Source of the DNA: Candidatus Bathyarchaeia archaeon
GTDB lineage: Archaea > Thermoproteota > Bathyarchaeia > Bathyarchaeales > Bathycorpusculaceae
Reading direction: 5' to 3'
DNA: 64,000 nt
NCBI GenBank assembly: GCA_050015395.1
Contig: JBEKBM010000015.1
Coordinates: 11,544-75,543 of the forward strand
Shown in pieces: positions 1 to 8,668 of this stretch. A program made the position numbers and the translations under genes. How positions within the stretch are numbered: the stretch's first letter is position 1; every line of letters begins with the position of its first letter. The notes beneath the pieces are model-generated. The model saw only the letters and a list, made by a program, of their open reading frames with translations, was not told where the DNA came from and did no database searches.

Positions 1-350
1 TGAAACATTAAGAAAACCACTGCGGCAACAATAACTACCGCAACTACCGCCCCAATCATAATGGGTAGAGTGTTAGACGACGTAGGTGAAGCCCCAAAAG
101 CATAAGCGCTGCCGTCATCTGAGCCTACGTAGACCACGCCGTTGACAACAGCAGGACACGAATCAACCCAGTTGCCTGTGGTGTATTTCCAGAGCAACGT
201 GGAAGTAAGCACCGGATTACCTGTGCCTGCGCCGCTGTGAGACGGGTCCGCGTGGAACATTATCCAGTCCGCGTTCGCAAACGGAATCAAAACTAAGCTG
301 AAAAGAAAAATCGTGCAAACTACTGCCGCTACCACACGCAACCTGTGCAT
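1..350 (-). CDS. Small membrane-anchored protein with a single PQQ-type beta-propeller blade (3' end runs off the window)
   Basis: Not in the ORF track; translated by hand. Signal peptide MHRLRVVAAVVCTIFLFSLVLIPFANA, then DWIMFHADPSHSG...LLWKYTTGNWVDSCPAVVNGVVYVGSDDGSAYAFG, then a hydrophobic anchor LPIMIGAVVAVVIVAAVVFLMF. GGTGA RBS upstream. Confidence 0.8.
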   Translation of the reverse strand, partial: MHRLRVVAAVVCTIFLFSLVLIPFANADWIMFHADPSHSGAGTGNPVLTSTLLWKYTTGNWVDSCPAVVNGVVYVGSDDGSAYAFGASPTSSNTLPIMIGAVVAVVIVAAVVFLMF

Positions 351-488
351 GTGAATAAATCACCATCTCGTCTTTCAGCGTTAAAGAACTATTAAAGGTC
401 TTTTGCTATCGGCTCTCTAAAGTACTTCCACGGCTAAAACAGTAAATAAAGAAGCATTTATTTAGTTTATTAAGCGATTTCCAAAATT

Positions 489-1859
489 TTATGCGTATTC
501 TGGTTCAATATGAACTGTGACAACCGCGTTTGCAAAGCGCTCTTTTGTTTCTTTCTCAACCTGTGAGGCAATCCTGTGAGCTTCTTTTATATGAATCTGC
601 TTGGTGAAGCAGCAGTCGATGTTAATGTAACGTTTACCCTCAGCAGCGTAAGTTACTATTCGTTTTATGCGCAGGTTACCTTCGATGCCTTTGGCAACTT
701 CGTAAATGACTTTTCTAAGCTGTGCCTCATTTACTTCGGCGGCAGGAACCGCCATACCTGAAGGCTCTATATGTACAGTGACGTTTTCAAGCGGCTTAAT
801 TTCAGCCTGCATTCTTCGCTCGATAGTTTCAGCTATTTTATGTGCTTCTTCAACTGACAGTTCAGGATCTACGTAAGCGTGCAAAGTAATGTAGAATTTA
901 CCGCCAGTGTAAATAGTGGAGATTTCATGCACCTCTTTTACGCCCTCCACCGTTGCCAGTTTTTCTACTAGCTGATCCATTTTTGTTTCTTTTTCTGATG
1001 GTTCAATATGGATGGTGGCGTCTACATTGCCAAGGGCTTGCTTCAAGTCAGCCTCAATCGTAGATACTAAAGAATGCGCCTCTTCCAAGGGCATATGGCT
1101 TGGAACTTGTACGGATGCATCTATGAAAATTTTAGAGCTTACTTTGCGAACTTTGAGGTTTTCAATTTTCACAATGCCCTCACGTGAAAGAATCACTTTT
1201 CTTGTTTTCTGAACAAGCTCCTTTGATGCCGTATCGCTGAGTTCCATCACGCTGGATCGCACGAGCTTAACGCTCAAATAACTAAGCATAACTCCGAGGA
1301 AAATTGACGCCAAAGCGTCTCCATAATTAAACCCTAAAGTGGCTAAGCCAAACCCCAAAAGAGCTAGCAAAGTTGAGCTTAAATCTGAAACAGCGTCGTA
1401 AAAACCTACTTTCATAGAAGGGCTTTGGATATGCTCTGTTTTCCTGAAAACCGTAACTCTTAAAGAAGCAATAAAAAGAGCGTAGCCGATTGCGATGAAA
1501 CCCGCAAACTCTACTCCTTTAACAATCTGCGTGTTCTCTATCAATCTTATTGCGGCTTCGTAAAAAATTAAGAATGCCACTGCAATTAAGACTACTCCAC
1601 CAATTAGTCCACCTATGGTTTCAAACTTCTCATGTCCGTAAGTGTGTTCCTCGTCAGGAGGCTTAATTGAAGCGCGAACCGCAAAAAACAACATGATAGT
1701 TGACACAACATCAAGCAATGCATGTAAACCGTCGCTCTGTATAGCTAAACTCCTAACAATCCAGCCTATCGAAAGCTCAACTATTACAACGCTGAAGATT
1801 GCAATAGCTGAAATTTTCAATGCTTTAAGTTTGTATTTTCCTTCGCCAGAGCCTTGCAT
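489..1859 (-). CDS. Cation diffusion facilitator (CDF) transporter with three tandem C-terminal metal-binding/dimerisation domains
   Basis: SLAIQSDGLHALLD and KPPDEEHTYGHEKFE signatures, TM helices, and three repeats of EAH...xHIEP. Confidence 0.92.
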   Translation of the reverse strand: MQGSGEGKYKLKALKISAIAIFSVVIVELSIGWIVRSLAIQSDGLHALLDVVSTIMLFFAVRASIKPPDEEHTYGHEKFETIGGLIGGVVLIAVAFLIFYEAAIRLIENTQIVKGVEFAGFIAIGYALFIASLRVTVFRKTEHIQSPSMKVGFYDAVSDLSSTLLALLGFGLATLGFNYGDALASIFLGVMLSYLSVKLVRSSVMELSDTASKELVQKTRKVILSREGIVKIENLKVRKVSSKIFIDASVQVPSHMPLEEAHSLVSTIEADLKQALGNVDATIHIEPSEKETKMDQLVEKLATVEGVKEVHEISTIYTGGKFYITLHAYVDPELSVEEAHKIAETIERRMQAEIKPLENVTVHIEPSGMAVPAAEVNEAQLRKVIYEVAKGIEGNLRIKRIVTYAAEGKRYINIDCCFTKQIHIKEAHRIASQVEKETKERFANAVVTVHIEPEYA

Positions 1860-2047
1860 TTTATTAATCTAAATATGCTCTTTGCAAGGGCGATTTAAGA
1901 ATTGCGGGAAAAATGAACCAATCATTTTTGAATCAAACGCTCTTTTCGCCGTTCTTAATTTAAATATGCTTGAGCCGATTACATAAGCATAATGAAGTTG
2001 GCAGCGCTTTTTCGCGGAGACTCAGTCGTTCTTAGAGGAAACTTGCT

Positions 2048-2065
2048 AACTTATAACATTAAGTT
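2048..2065. promoter_or_regulatory. Inverted repeat AACTTA-N6-TAAGTT between the divergent CDF and asnS genes
   Basis: Perfect 6-bp arms seen in sequence; the regulatory role is inference only. Confidence 0.25.
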
Positions 2066-2173
2066 GGATAATAATGTTCTTTGCGCAGCCGATCAAATGT
2101 ATCTAAAAGTTAAAAGCCTAAAATCGATAGGCATTTAGGTTTGAAAATAAGTATTAATGGAAACGGTTGATGC

Positions 2174-3460
2174 TTGATGGCTTTGGTAAAAATAAGCAAA
2201 GTCTTAGAAGGATGCTGTCCAGACCAGAAAGTAGCTGTACGCGGCTGGGTTTACCGTAAACGTGAAGGAAAAGAGCTTGTTTTCCTAGTAATCCGCGATT
2301 CAACAGGAGTAATCCAATGTACAGTAAAAAAAACCAGCCCATGCTGGAACGAAGCACTGCGCTTAACAATTGAATCTTCACTAACGCTTGAAGGCACCGC
2401 CAAAGAAGATAAGCGCGCCCCAGGCGGATACGAAATAAGTGCAGAAACCATAACGATTATCGGGTTAGCAGAAACCTTTCCAATAGCGAAAGATAAAAGC
2501 GAAGAATTCATCCGCGACATGCGCCACCTTTGGCTTCGCAGCCGAAAAATGAATTTAGTCATGAAGGTTCGCGCTGACGTGCTAGAAGCAACACGTCAAT
2601 ACTTCAAAAGCCAAGATTACACTGAGGTTTCGCCGCCAATGTTTATTTCAGCAGCAGTTGAAGGCGGCTCAACACTTTTCGGCTTAAAATATTTTGATCA
2701 AGACCTTTACTTAACGCAGAGCTCTCAGCTTTATCTGGAAATTCTAATCTACTCTTTAGAAAACGTCTACTGCATCGCTCCATCGTTTAGAGCTGAAAAA
2801 AGCAGGACAATCAGGCATTTAACCGAGTACTGGCACATTGAAGGAGAATGGCCCTTTGCGGATATGAATGATTTAATGAAGTTTGAAGAGGGCTTAATGG
2901 CGCATGTTTGCCAAAGCATCGGCGACAAATGCCAAAAAGAGTTTGCAGAGTTAGGCGCTGACATACCAAAGCTGAAAGCAGTAAAGACTCCGTTTCCAAG
3001 GATAACTTATGCAGAAGCAATCAATAGGCTTAAAGTTAAAAATCAAGCGTTGAATTGGGGTGTTGATTTAGGTTATGAGGATGAGAAGGTTTTAGCTGAG
3101 GATTTCGGCAAACCCTTCTTCGTTTATGATTACCCTACAGCGATTAAGGCGTTTTATTGCAAGACGTACCCTGACCATCCTGAAGTTGCAATGTCGGTGG
3201 ATATGATGGTTCCACGAATAGGCGAAATCAGCACAGGCGGAGCAAGGGAAGAAGACAAGGACATACTTATTCAACGTATGAAAGAGCAGGGCTTGAAACC
3301 TGAAGATTACGAATGGTACCTTGACTTAAGACGCTACGGCACCGTGCCCCATGTTGGCTTTGGCATGGGACTAGAGCGATTGATAACTTGGATGCTTGAC
3401 CTCGACAACATCATCGACGCTATTCCGTTTCCAAGAACAACCCGCAGGTTCTACCCATAA
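2174..3460 (+). CDS. asnS: Asparagine--tRNA ligase
   Basis: N-terminal OB fold (VRGWVYRKR...RDSTGVIQC), VEGGSTLF, YLTQSSQLYLE, motif 2 FRAEKSRTIRHLTEYWHIEGE, WYLDLRRYGTVPHVGFGMGLER, IPFPR. Confidence 0.9.
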   Translation: MMALVKISKVLEGCCPDQKVAVRGWVYRKREGKELVFLVIRDSTGVIQCTVKKTSPCWNEALRLTIESSLTLEGTAKEDKRAPGGYEISAETITIIGLAETFPIAKDKSEEFIRDMRHLWLRSRKMNLVMKVRADVLEATRQYFKSQDYTEVSPPMFISAAVEGGSTLFGLKYFDQDLYLTQSSQLYLEILIYSLENVYCIAPSFRAEKSRTIRHLTEYWHIEGEWPFADMNDLMKFEEGLMAHVCQSIGDKCQKEFAELGADIPKLKAVKTPFPRITYAEAINRLKVKNQALNWGVDLGYEDEKVLAEDFGKPFFVYDYPTAIKAFYCKTYPDHPEVAMSVDMMVPRIGEISTGGAREEDKDILIQRMKEQGLKPEDYEWYLDLRRYGTVPHVGFGMGLERLITWMLDLDNIIDAIPFPRTTRRFYP

Positions 3461-3471
3461 TATTTTTTTGT

Positions 3472-4182
3472 TTACGGGTAACCCGTAAAATACTCAAGTT
3501 TTAACTGTGCCTTCTGCAAGCCGATGCTTACGACAAGTTCCTCCATCGCTGCAACCATCGGCGGCGGTCCACAAACATAAAACACGTTTTCCAGGTAATC
3601 AGGTAGTTCCTTCTTAATAATGTCTGCAGTGATTACGCCGGTTGCGCCTTTCCATTGACTGGTTGCTTCGTTAACGATAAAAACGACTTTTAAATTCTTG
3701 TTTTCTTCTTGCATGTATTCAAGTTCTTGTTTGAATGCTATGTCATTTTCAGTGCGGCAACCATAGAAGAGCGTAATTTTCGAATTCAAGCGTTTGTCTG
3801 CGGCGTATTTGCATATGCTCACAAATGGGGTTATTCCTATGCCTCCTGCAAGCAATGCGATTTTGGGATACTCACCCTCAAAGGTGAATTGGCCATATGG
3901 TGCGTCTATTCTTGCCCAGTCGCCTACTTTGGCGGCTTTTAGCGCCATTGAATATTCATGGTCAGTCAGTTTTTTAGTAAATTCAAAGTGTTCTTTTTCT
4001 GTTGGGCTGCTGCTAAAACTAAAATGTTTAGTTAACTCTTTGTCGCCCTGTTCTATAGTTATGAAAAAGTATTGCCCCGGCTTGTAAGTTAATTCAGGTG
4101 GTCTGGAAAACCTGTAACTGATTACATCAGCAGTTCTAGGTATAATTTCTTTGATTTTTGTTTCCAGCTTCATAAAAATCAT
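3472..4182 (-). CDS. Ferredoxin-NADP reductase-like FAD/NAD(P)-binding oxidoreductase
   Basis: YKPGQY, FSFSSSP, APYGQF, LLAGGIGITPF, YVCGPPPM motifs. Confidence 0.9.
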   Translation of the reverse strand: MIFMKLETKIKEIIPRTADVISYRFSRPPELTYKPGQYFFITIEQGDKELTKHFSFSSSPTEKEHFEFTKKLTDHEYSMALKAAKVGDWARIDAPYGQFTFEGEYPKIALLAGGIGITPFVSICKYAADKRLNSKITLFYGCRTENDIAFKQELEYMQEENKNLKVVFIVNEATSQWKGATGVITADIIKKELPDYLENVFYVCGPPPMVAAMEELVVSIGLQKAQLKLEYFTGYP

Positions 4183-4239
4183 ATCGCTATTTAGAATGGG
4201 CGGATTAGAGTATAATTATAGATTACAATAAACTTTGCG

Positions 4240-4503
4240 CTAACTCATTTTAAGAAGACAGTATATGAATCTAAAACATGGTTTAAAGCAAAGATCTTCA
4301 ACGCTAGAAGTTTTCGGGCGACCCTTTGGCTTTTCTTTAAGTCCGCTTTCCTCTTCCGTCTGGCAACGGTTCCACCAGCGATAGAACAGGTCCCTGCTTA
4401 TCTTGGCAGAAGTGAAGATTTCAGTAACCGAGCAACCTTGCAGTTTCTTCCTGATAATCGACGCTTTCAGCTGATCTAAATCTCTGTATCCAACTCCCTT
4501 CAC
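4240..4503 (-). pseudogene. Truncated IS transposase remnant (N-terminal helix-turn-helix only, IS481/IS630-like)
   Basis: SVTEIFTSAKISRDLFYRWWNRCQTEEESGLKEKPKGRPK is a typical transposase HTH plus GRP motif; no DDE domain follows. Confidence 0.7.
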
Positions 4504-4604
4504 CCGTGCACTGATATCCTTGCAGGAGTGTAGGGCATTTTCCAGATAGAACAAACCCCACGTAAAAAGCGAAAGGTTAATGAAGGAAAGCTGATGTGTA
4601 TTGC

Positions 4605-4730
4605 TGGGTTTGCCGGTCAAAGGGCACGGGTTCCACCTGATCCCATTCCGAACTCAGAAGTTAAACCGTGTTCCGTTTCCAGCTGTAGTGTGGTCTTAGG
4701 CCATGCGAACCTGGGAAAGCTGGTAGCCCA
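4605..4730 (+). rRNA. rrf: 5S ribosomal RNA (unlinked)
   Basis: Conserved CACCTGATCCCATTCCGAACTCAGAAGTTAAAC core. The 5' TGGGTTTGCCGG pairs with the 3' CTGGTAGCCCA. BRE/TATA-like GAAAGGTTAATGAA at ~4571-4584. Ends approximate. Confidence 0.95.
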
Positions 4731-4810
4731 CTTATACCTAAGAAAATTTAGGTAGATTTGGCATAGCTTTATAACTAACCGTTAATAGTTTTTTGGAAGT
4801 GGTGTAGACA

Positions 4811-5914
4811 TTGAGTCTTCTTTCAGGAAATAACACGCTTCTTCAGGTACTGAGCCTGGCTTCATACGGGTTCTTTATAGTCTTAATTTTCTATGGTCAA
4901 AGAATCCAAATGTACGTTATGATCCGAGAGGTAGAAAACTCCCTTCATAAATTAAAGTTCATAAAAGAGGAAGGGCGAAAAAACGCCATAGATGCCATAA
5001 AAGAAGTTGGCAAACCACCAGCTGACCCTACGGCTCGTGTCGACCGCTATTTAGAGTATTTCACTATCGGTCCACAGAGCATGGATCCAGCAGGCATCGT
5101 TTACAAGCTTGATCATATCCTTGATGTTAGAGATGCACGGTTGAAGGATGAAGTTAAACTGATGGCGCCCGGATGCGATGACGTCCAAGTGAATAATTTA
5201 GAAAACACTTTGGAAGCCGCGATGGCGTTGAACTTTATCTACAAAGTGGTACGGCACTATTACATTCAAGGTAAAAAGACTCTGAGTCTCTATGTAATAA
5301 TGCAGATACAAATGATATTGCCAATGATTATGAAAGAAGCCGAAGCATACGCAAGCGCTCTGAAAGCGTTCGCTTTTGGACAACCAATCGGCGATGGCGC
5401 AGGACCATTAGTAGCTGCAAAACTAATGCACGGCTACGAAATCCGCAAATTGCCAAAAGACTGTGTCATGGCTACAGTCCCAATTGAAGGACGCACTGCT
5501 TTAATAATAAAGGCTGAAGGTCCCGGCGGAAATGTTGGCAAACCAGGTGATGCTGTCGAAGCAGTCATTGAAGAAAATGAGGGTAAAATTGCTAATGTAA
5601 TAATGATTGATGCTGGGTTAAAACTTGAAGGCGAAACACTAGGCGAAGTCGCAGATGGAATCGGCGCGGCAATCGGTGGACCAGGCGTAGACCAGTACAA
5701 GATTGAGGAAAAACTCACAAAATATCATATCCCGATAAACGCTATAATAGTCAAAGAGGACATCGGCGATGCAGTATCACCACTGCGCAAAGAGATCAAC
5801 GATGCCGTTGACAAAGTCATTGAACGCGTCAAAGCCGTCATCTTAGAGCAAACCAAAGAAGGAGACAAAGTTATAATCGTAGGCGTCGGCAACTCCATCG
5901 GAGTTGGACAATAG
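4811..5914 (+). CDS. DUF1512-family conserved archaeal protein
   Basis: N-terminal TM helix; GQPIGDGAGPLVA, MIDAGLKLEGE, GIGAAIGGPG, VIIVGVGNSIGVGQ. Confidence 0.85.
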   Translation: MSLLSGNNTLLQVLSLASYGFFIVLIFYGQRIQMYVMIREVENSLHKLKFIKEEGRKNAIDAIKEVGKPPADPTARVDRYLEYFTIGPQSMDPAGIVYKLDHILDVRDARLKDEVKLMAPGCDDVQVNNLENTLEAAMALNFIYKVVRHYYIQGKKTLSLYVIMQIQMILPMIMKEAEAYASALKAFAFGQPIGDGAGPLVAAKLMHGYEIRKLPKDCVMATVPIEGRTALIIKAEGPGGNVGKPGDAVEAVIEENEGKIANVIMIDAGLKLEGETLGEVADGIGAAIGGPGVDQYKIEEKLTKYHIPINAIIVKEDIGDAVSPLRKEINDAVDKVIERVKAVILEQTKEGDKVIIVGVGNSIGVGQ

Positions 5915-5925
5915 GAGGATAAAAA

Positions 5926-6369
5926 ATGACTCAAAACCAAACATCAGCAGGAACCCAAAAAATCTCAAATTACATCATGATGATAGTCTTAATTGTTCTA
6001 GCGCTTTCCGTAGTTTCTCTATTATTAGCGGTCAGCGTCTACTTAAACGGTGTTTCCACACCAAGCCAAGCCGGAACAGACGATTTAGCAGCGGGTTTCC
6101 TAGCGATCGTTGGTTTAATCGCTCTGACCATGTCAATGTTCACACTATACCAGTCACGGAGGCAAGCAGCAGAAATGAAAATTGAAATACCCAAAGTAAT
6201 GACAACCGTCGAGTGCAAGAAATGTGGGACCAAAACCGTGCGAGAATTCCAACGCGGTGATTATGTCTATAAAGAGCTTGACGCATGCCCGAAATGCCCT
6301 GACACAAAACAGTTAATCACTGCGGTTTACAAGGAAGTCAAAGAGAAAGAAAAAACATACAATGTCTAA
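5926..6369 (+). CDS. Two-TM membrane protein with C-terminal zinc ribbon
   Basis: Two hydrophobic helices, then ECKKCG...REFQRGDYV...CPKC; GGAGG RBS. Confidence 0.85.
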   Translation: MTQNQTSAGTQKISNYIMMIVLIVLALSVVSLLLAVSVYLNGVSTPSQAGTDDLAAGFLAIVGLIALTMSMFTLYQSRRQAAEMKIEIPKVMTTVECKKCGTKTVREFQRGDYVYKELDACPKCPDTKQLITAVYKEVKEKEKTYNV

Positions 6370-7268
6370 GTCAAAACTTCACAGCCATCATCTTTTAAAA
6401 GCACCGTGTGCTCGGCTTGAGCAACGGGTTTTTTGCTTACTTCAACGAATACTGGATAACTCATAATCGCTTTTGACGCAAGCAACTCCTTGAATGCAGC
6501 ATGGTACTGCTCTTTGGGAACCACGCCCGTTAGCCATCGTTCAGCAAAAGGCAAAGTTCTAAAATTAGACTCAATGTACTTGAGTAGTTTTTTGGCAGAA
6601 TCATTTTTTACTGATTTTGCTTTAAGTAAGCGGTAAATGGTTGTTTGCGGTGAGTCATCGACGCGTCCAACCGCTTCAGGCAATGTGACGAATGGTTCAA
6701 TGGCGTAAACTTCGCCTGTTTTCACTTTCGTGAGTGACACTTGAGCCACGTTAGGTATAGATGTTCCCGCGTGAATTAGGTATCTTCCAACCGAGTGACC
6801 CGTCAGGTTTGAAATGGGTTTAAAACCGCGGTTTTTTATCGTGGTCTCTATTAAGCTCCCAATTTTGCCCAGCGCCATGTCGCCATGAATGTTTTCTATC
6901 ACAGTTTTCAAAGCTTGTTCAGCAGTGTTTGCCATGCTTCTGCCTTCCGGATTGAAAGAAGCCGTGAATGCAGTGTCGGTGACGTAGCCGTCCACATGGG
7001 CACCTAGGTCTACTTTAACCGTGGACCCTTCAGGTATCCTTACCGTATCGTTGGGGGGTGAAGTGTAATGTGCGGCTACCTCGTTGATGCTGACGTTGCA
7101 GGGGAAAGCTGGTTTGCCGCCTTTAGCTCGGATTAATCCTTCGGTTTTCTCGCAGACATCGATGACTAGCATGTTTTCTTTGACGTAAGTTTTCATTTCT
7201 TCTCTTGTTTCACGCAGGATCCGTCCTGATAAGCGGAATTTTTCAAGTTCTTCTTTGTCGTATAGCAT
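6366..7268 (-). CDS. map: Type II methionine aminopeptidase
   Basis: AFPCNVSINEVAAHYT, KVDLGAHVDGYVTDTA, NLTGHS, YAIEPF, QAEHT. Confidence 0.96.
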   Translation of the reverse strand: MLYDKEELEKFRLSGRILRETREEMKTYVKENMLVIDVCEKTEGLIRAKGGKPAFPCNVSINEVAAHYTSPPNDTVRIPEGSTVKVDLGAHVDGYVTDTAFTASFNPEGRSMANTAEQALKTVIENIHGDMALGKIGSLIETTIKNRGFKPISNLTGHSVGRYLIHAGTSIPNVAQVSLTKVKTGEVYAIEPFVTLPEAVGRVDDSPQTTIYRLLKAKSVKNDSAKKLLKYIESNFRTLPFAERWLTGVVPKEQYHAAFKELLASKAIMSYPVFVEVSKKPVAQAEHTVLLKDDGCEVLT

Positions 7269-7375
7269 CTTGTTTCACTTTGCTGTGTTAGATTGGATTA
7301 TTGCGTGGATGCTTAAATGCGTAACTTATCCTGCTAAGGAGCCTATCGAAAACTTGACTTTACATCGTAGGTTTT

Positions 7376-7936
7376 TTAGGGCTTGTAGATTTTTGGGTCA
7401 AGGATTGCAAAGTTGTTGCCGCCCGCGTGATAGAGCATCCTTGCCTTTTTCAGGTCATAGCTTTCCGTAAAGACGCCCATGTCTGCGTAGGCTTCAAGTA
7501 TTTTGCCCACGAAAACCGTGTGGTCGCCTGTTGTAAATTTGCTGTCAACACTGCATTCCAGGTGGGCTATGCACTCGCGTATTGCTGGCGCCTTGACCTT
7601 TTTACCGGGCATCGGTGTCAGATTTGTTTTTTTGAATTTGTCAAAGCTTCTGCCCGTCAAGGAGCCGCATGCGTAGACGGCTTGCAGTGTCTCCAGTGTT
7701 GGAATATTCACAATGAATTCCCCTGACTCCTCAATTAGCGTGTGAGAGTGGCGGGTCGGCGCGAGGCTGATGGCTAAAAGCGGCGGGTTAATGGAGGTTG
7801 GCATAGCCCACGCGAGTGTTGTAATGTTTGGTTTGCCTGCTTTTCCACTACATGAAACCAAAACGGTGTGCATTGGGTGAAGAAGCCTATATGCCGAGGC
7901 AATGTTTACTTGAGTTTTTGCGGACACATAAATCAC
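7376..7936 (-). CDS. Flavin reductase-like (flavoredoxin) protein
   Basis: KPNITTLAW, SINPPLL, GEFIVNIP, AHLEC, GDHTVFVG. Confidence 0.9.
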   Translation of the reverse strand: MIYVSAKTQVNIASAYRLLHPMHTVLVSCSGKAGKPNITTLAWAMPTSINPPLLAISLAPTRHSHTLIEESGEFIVNIPTLETLQAVYACGSLTGRSFDKFKKTNLTPMPGKKVKAPAIRECIAHLECSVDSKFTTGDHTVFVGKILEAYADMGVFTESYDLKKARMLYHAGGNNFAILDPKIYKP

Positions 7937-8073
7937 CTAATTGTAATAACGTAATAGTGGTGAAGCACCGCACTTATTTCTTTTTTCTTTAGAGAAGTAA
8001 CTGTTTTTTGCGTTTTATTTACGAAAGAGTTTTTATCTAAATTACTTATTTACAGCAGAGAAATGGTGAGTTT

Positions 8074-8389
8074 ATGGGCAGCATATTGATTGGTGCTTTC
8101 GCAGGTTTCATTGTAACCCTACTGTTAGGCGTACCTCTTGGTTTGTTGCTGCCTTTCGTGGGCGTCCTGATTGGTATGCTTGTCGGCGGGTTTGTTGCTG
8201 GAGTTCAGGGAGGACTTAGAACCGTTGCAGACCGCCATATTCCTTGTTGTTGCTGCAGAAGCCGCCGTGAACATGACGCTTGAATACCAAAATCTCCTAT
8301 CGGGCAGAGGCTTAAGTAAAGATGATTACTTGCAACGTTCAGTCGCTTTAATGTTGCAAGGTATAGCTTCTAGCAACCTTAAAAAATGA
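8074..8389 (+). pseudogene. Fused fragments: N-terminus of a small Gly-rich membrane protein joined to an unrelated C-terminal fragment
   Basis: MGSILIGAFAGFIVTLLLG...GMLVGGFVAG breaks at ~8205. A different frame then reads REDLEPLQTAIFLVVAAEAAV...ALMLQGIAS, reminiscent of a TetR C-terminus. Confidence 0.45.
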
Positions 8390-8503
8390 AGCGCCTAAAA
8401 GTCAAGTTTACAGTGGGTTTGGCGGTTTATCAACATTTTTTATACTGTTCTTTCTCGGGAGCTGTCAGTAATCATAAATTTGATGCGGGAGATTGCTGGC
8501 GTT

Positions 8504-8668
8504 TTTTTTACTCTTAGGGTTTCCTTCAAGTCATTGTATTGGGTGTCGATTTGCTTTTTTTGCGCCTTTAACGTTTCCTGTTCTTTTTTACTCTTAGGGT
8601 TTCCTTCAAGTCATTGTATTGGGTGTCGATTTGCTTTTTTTGCGCCTTTAACGTTTCCTGTTCTTTTT
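8504..8668. repeat. Exact 80-bp tandem duplication
   Basis: 8504-8588 equals 8584-8668 (period 80); it frameshifts the last codons of the 8568-10334 gene. Confidence 0.95.

Noticed and set aside
2174-3460. Aspartyl-tRNA synthetase assignment
   Set aside because: LTQSSQLYLE, HLTEYWHIE and WYLDLRRYG fit AsnRS better than AspRS (QSPQLYKQ).
4504-4620. N-terminal extension of ORF 4240-4620
   Set aside because: It overlaps the 5S rRNA and its promoter on the opposite strand; similarity starts only near GTG 4503.
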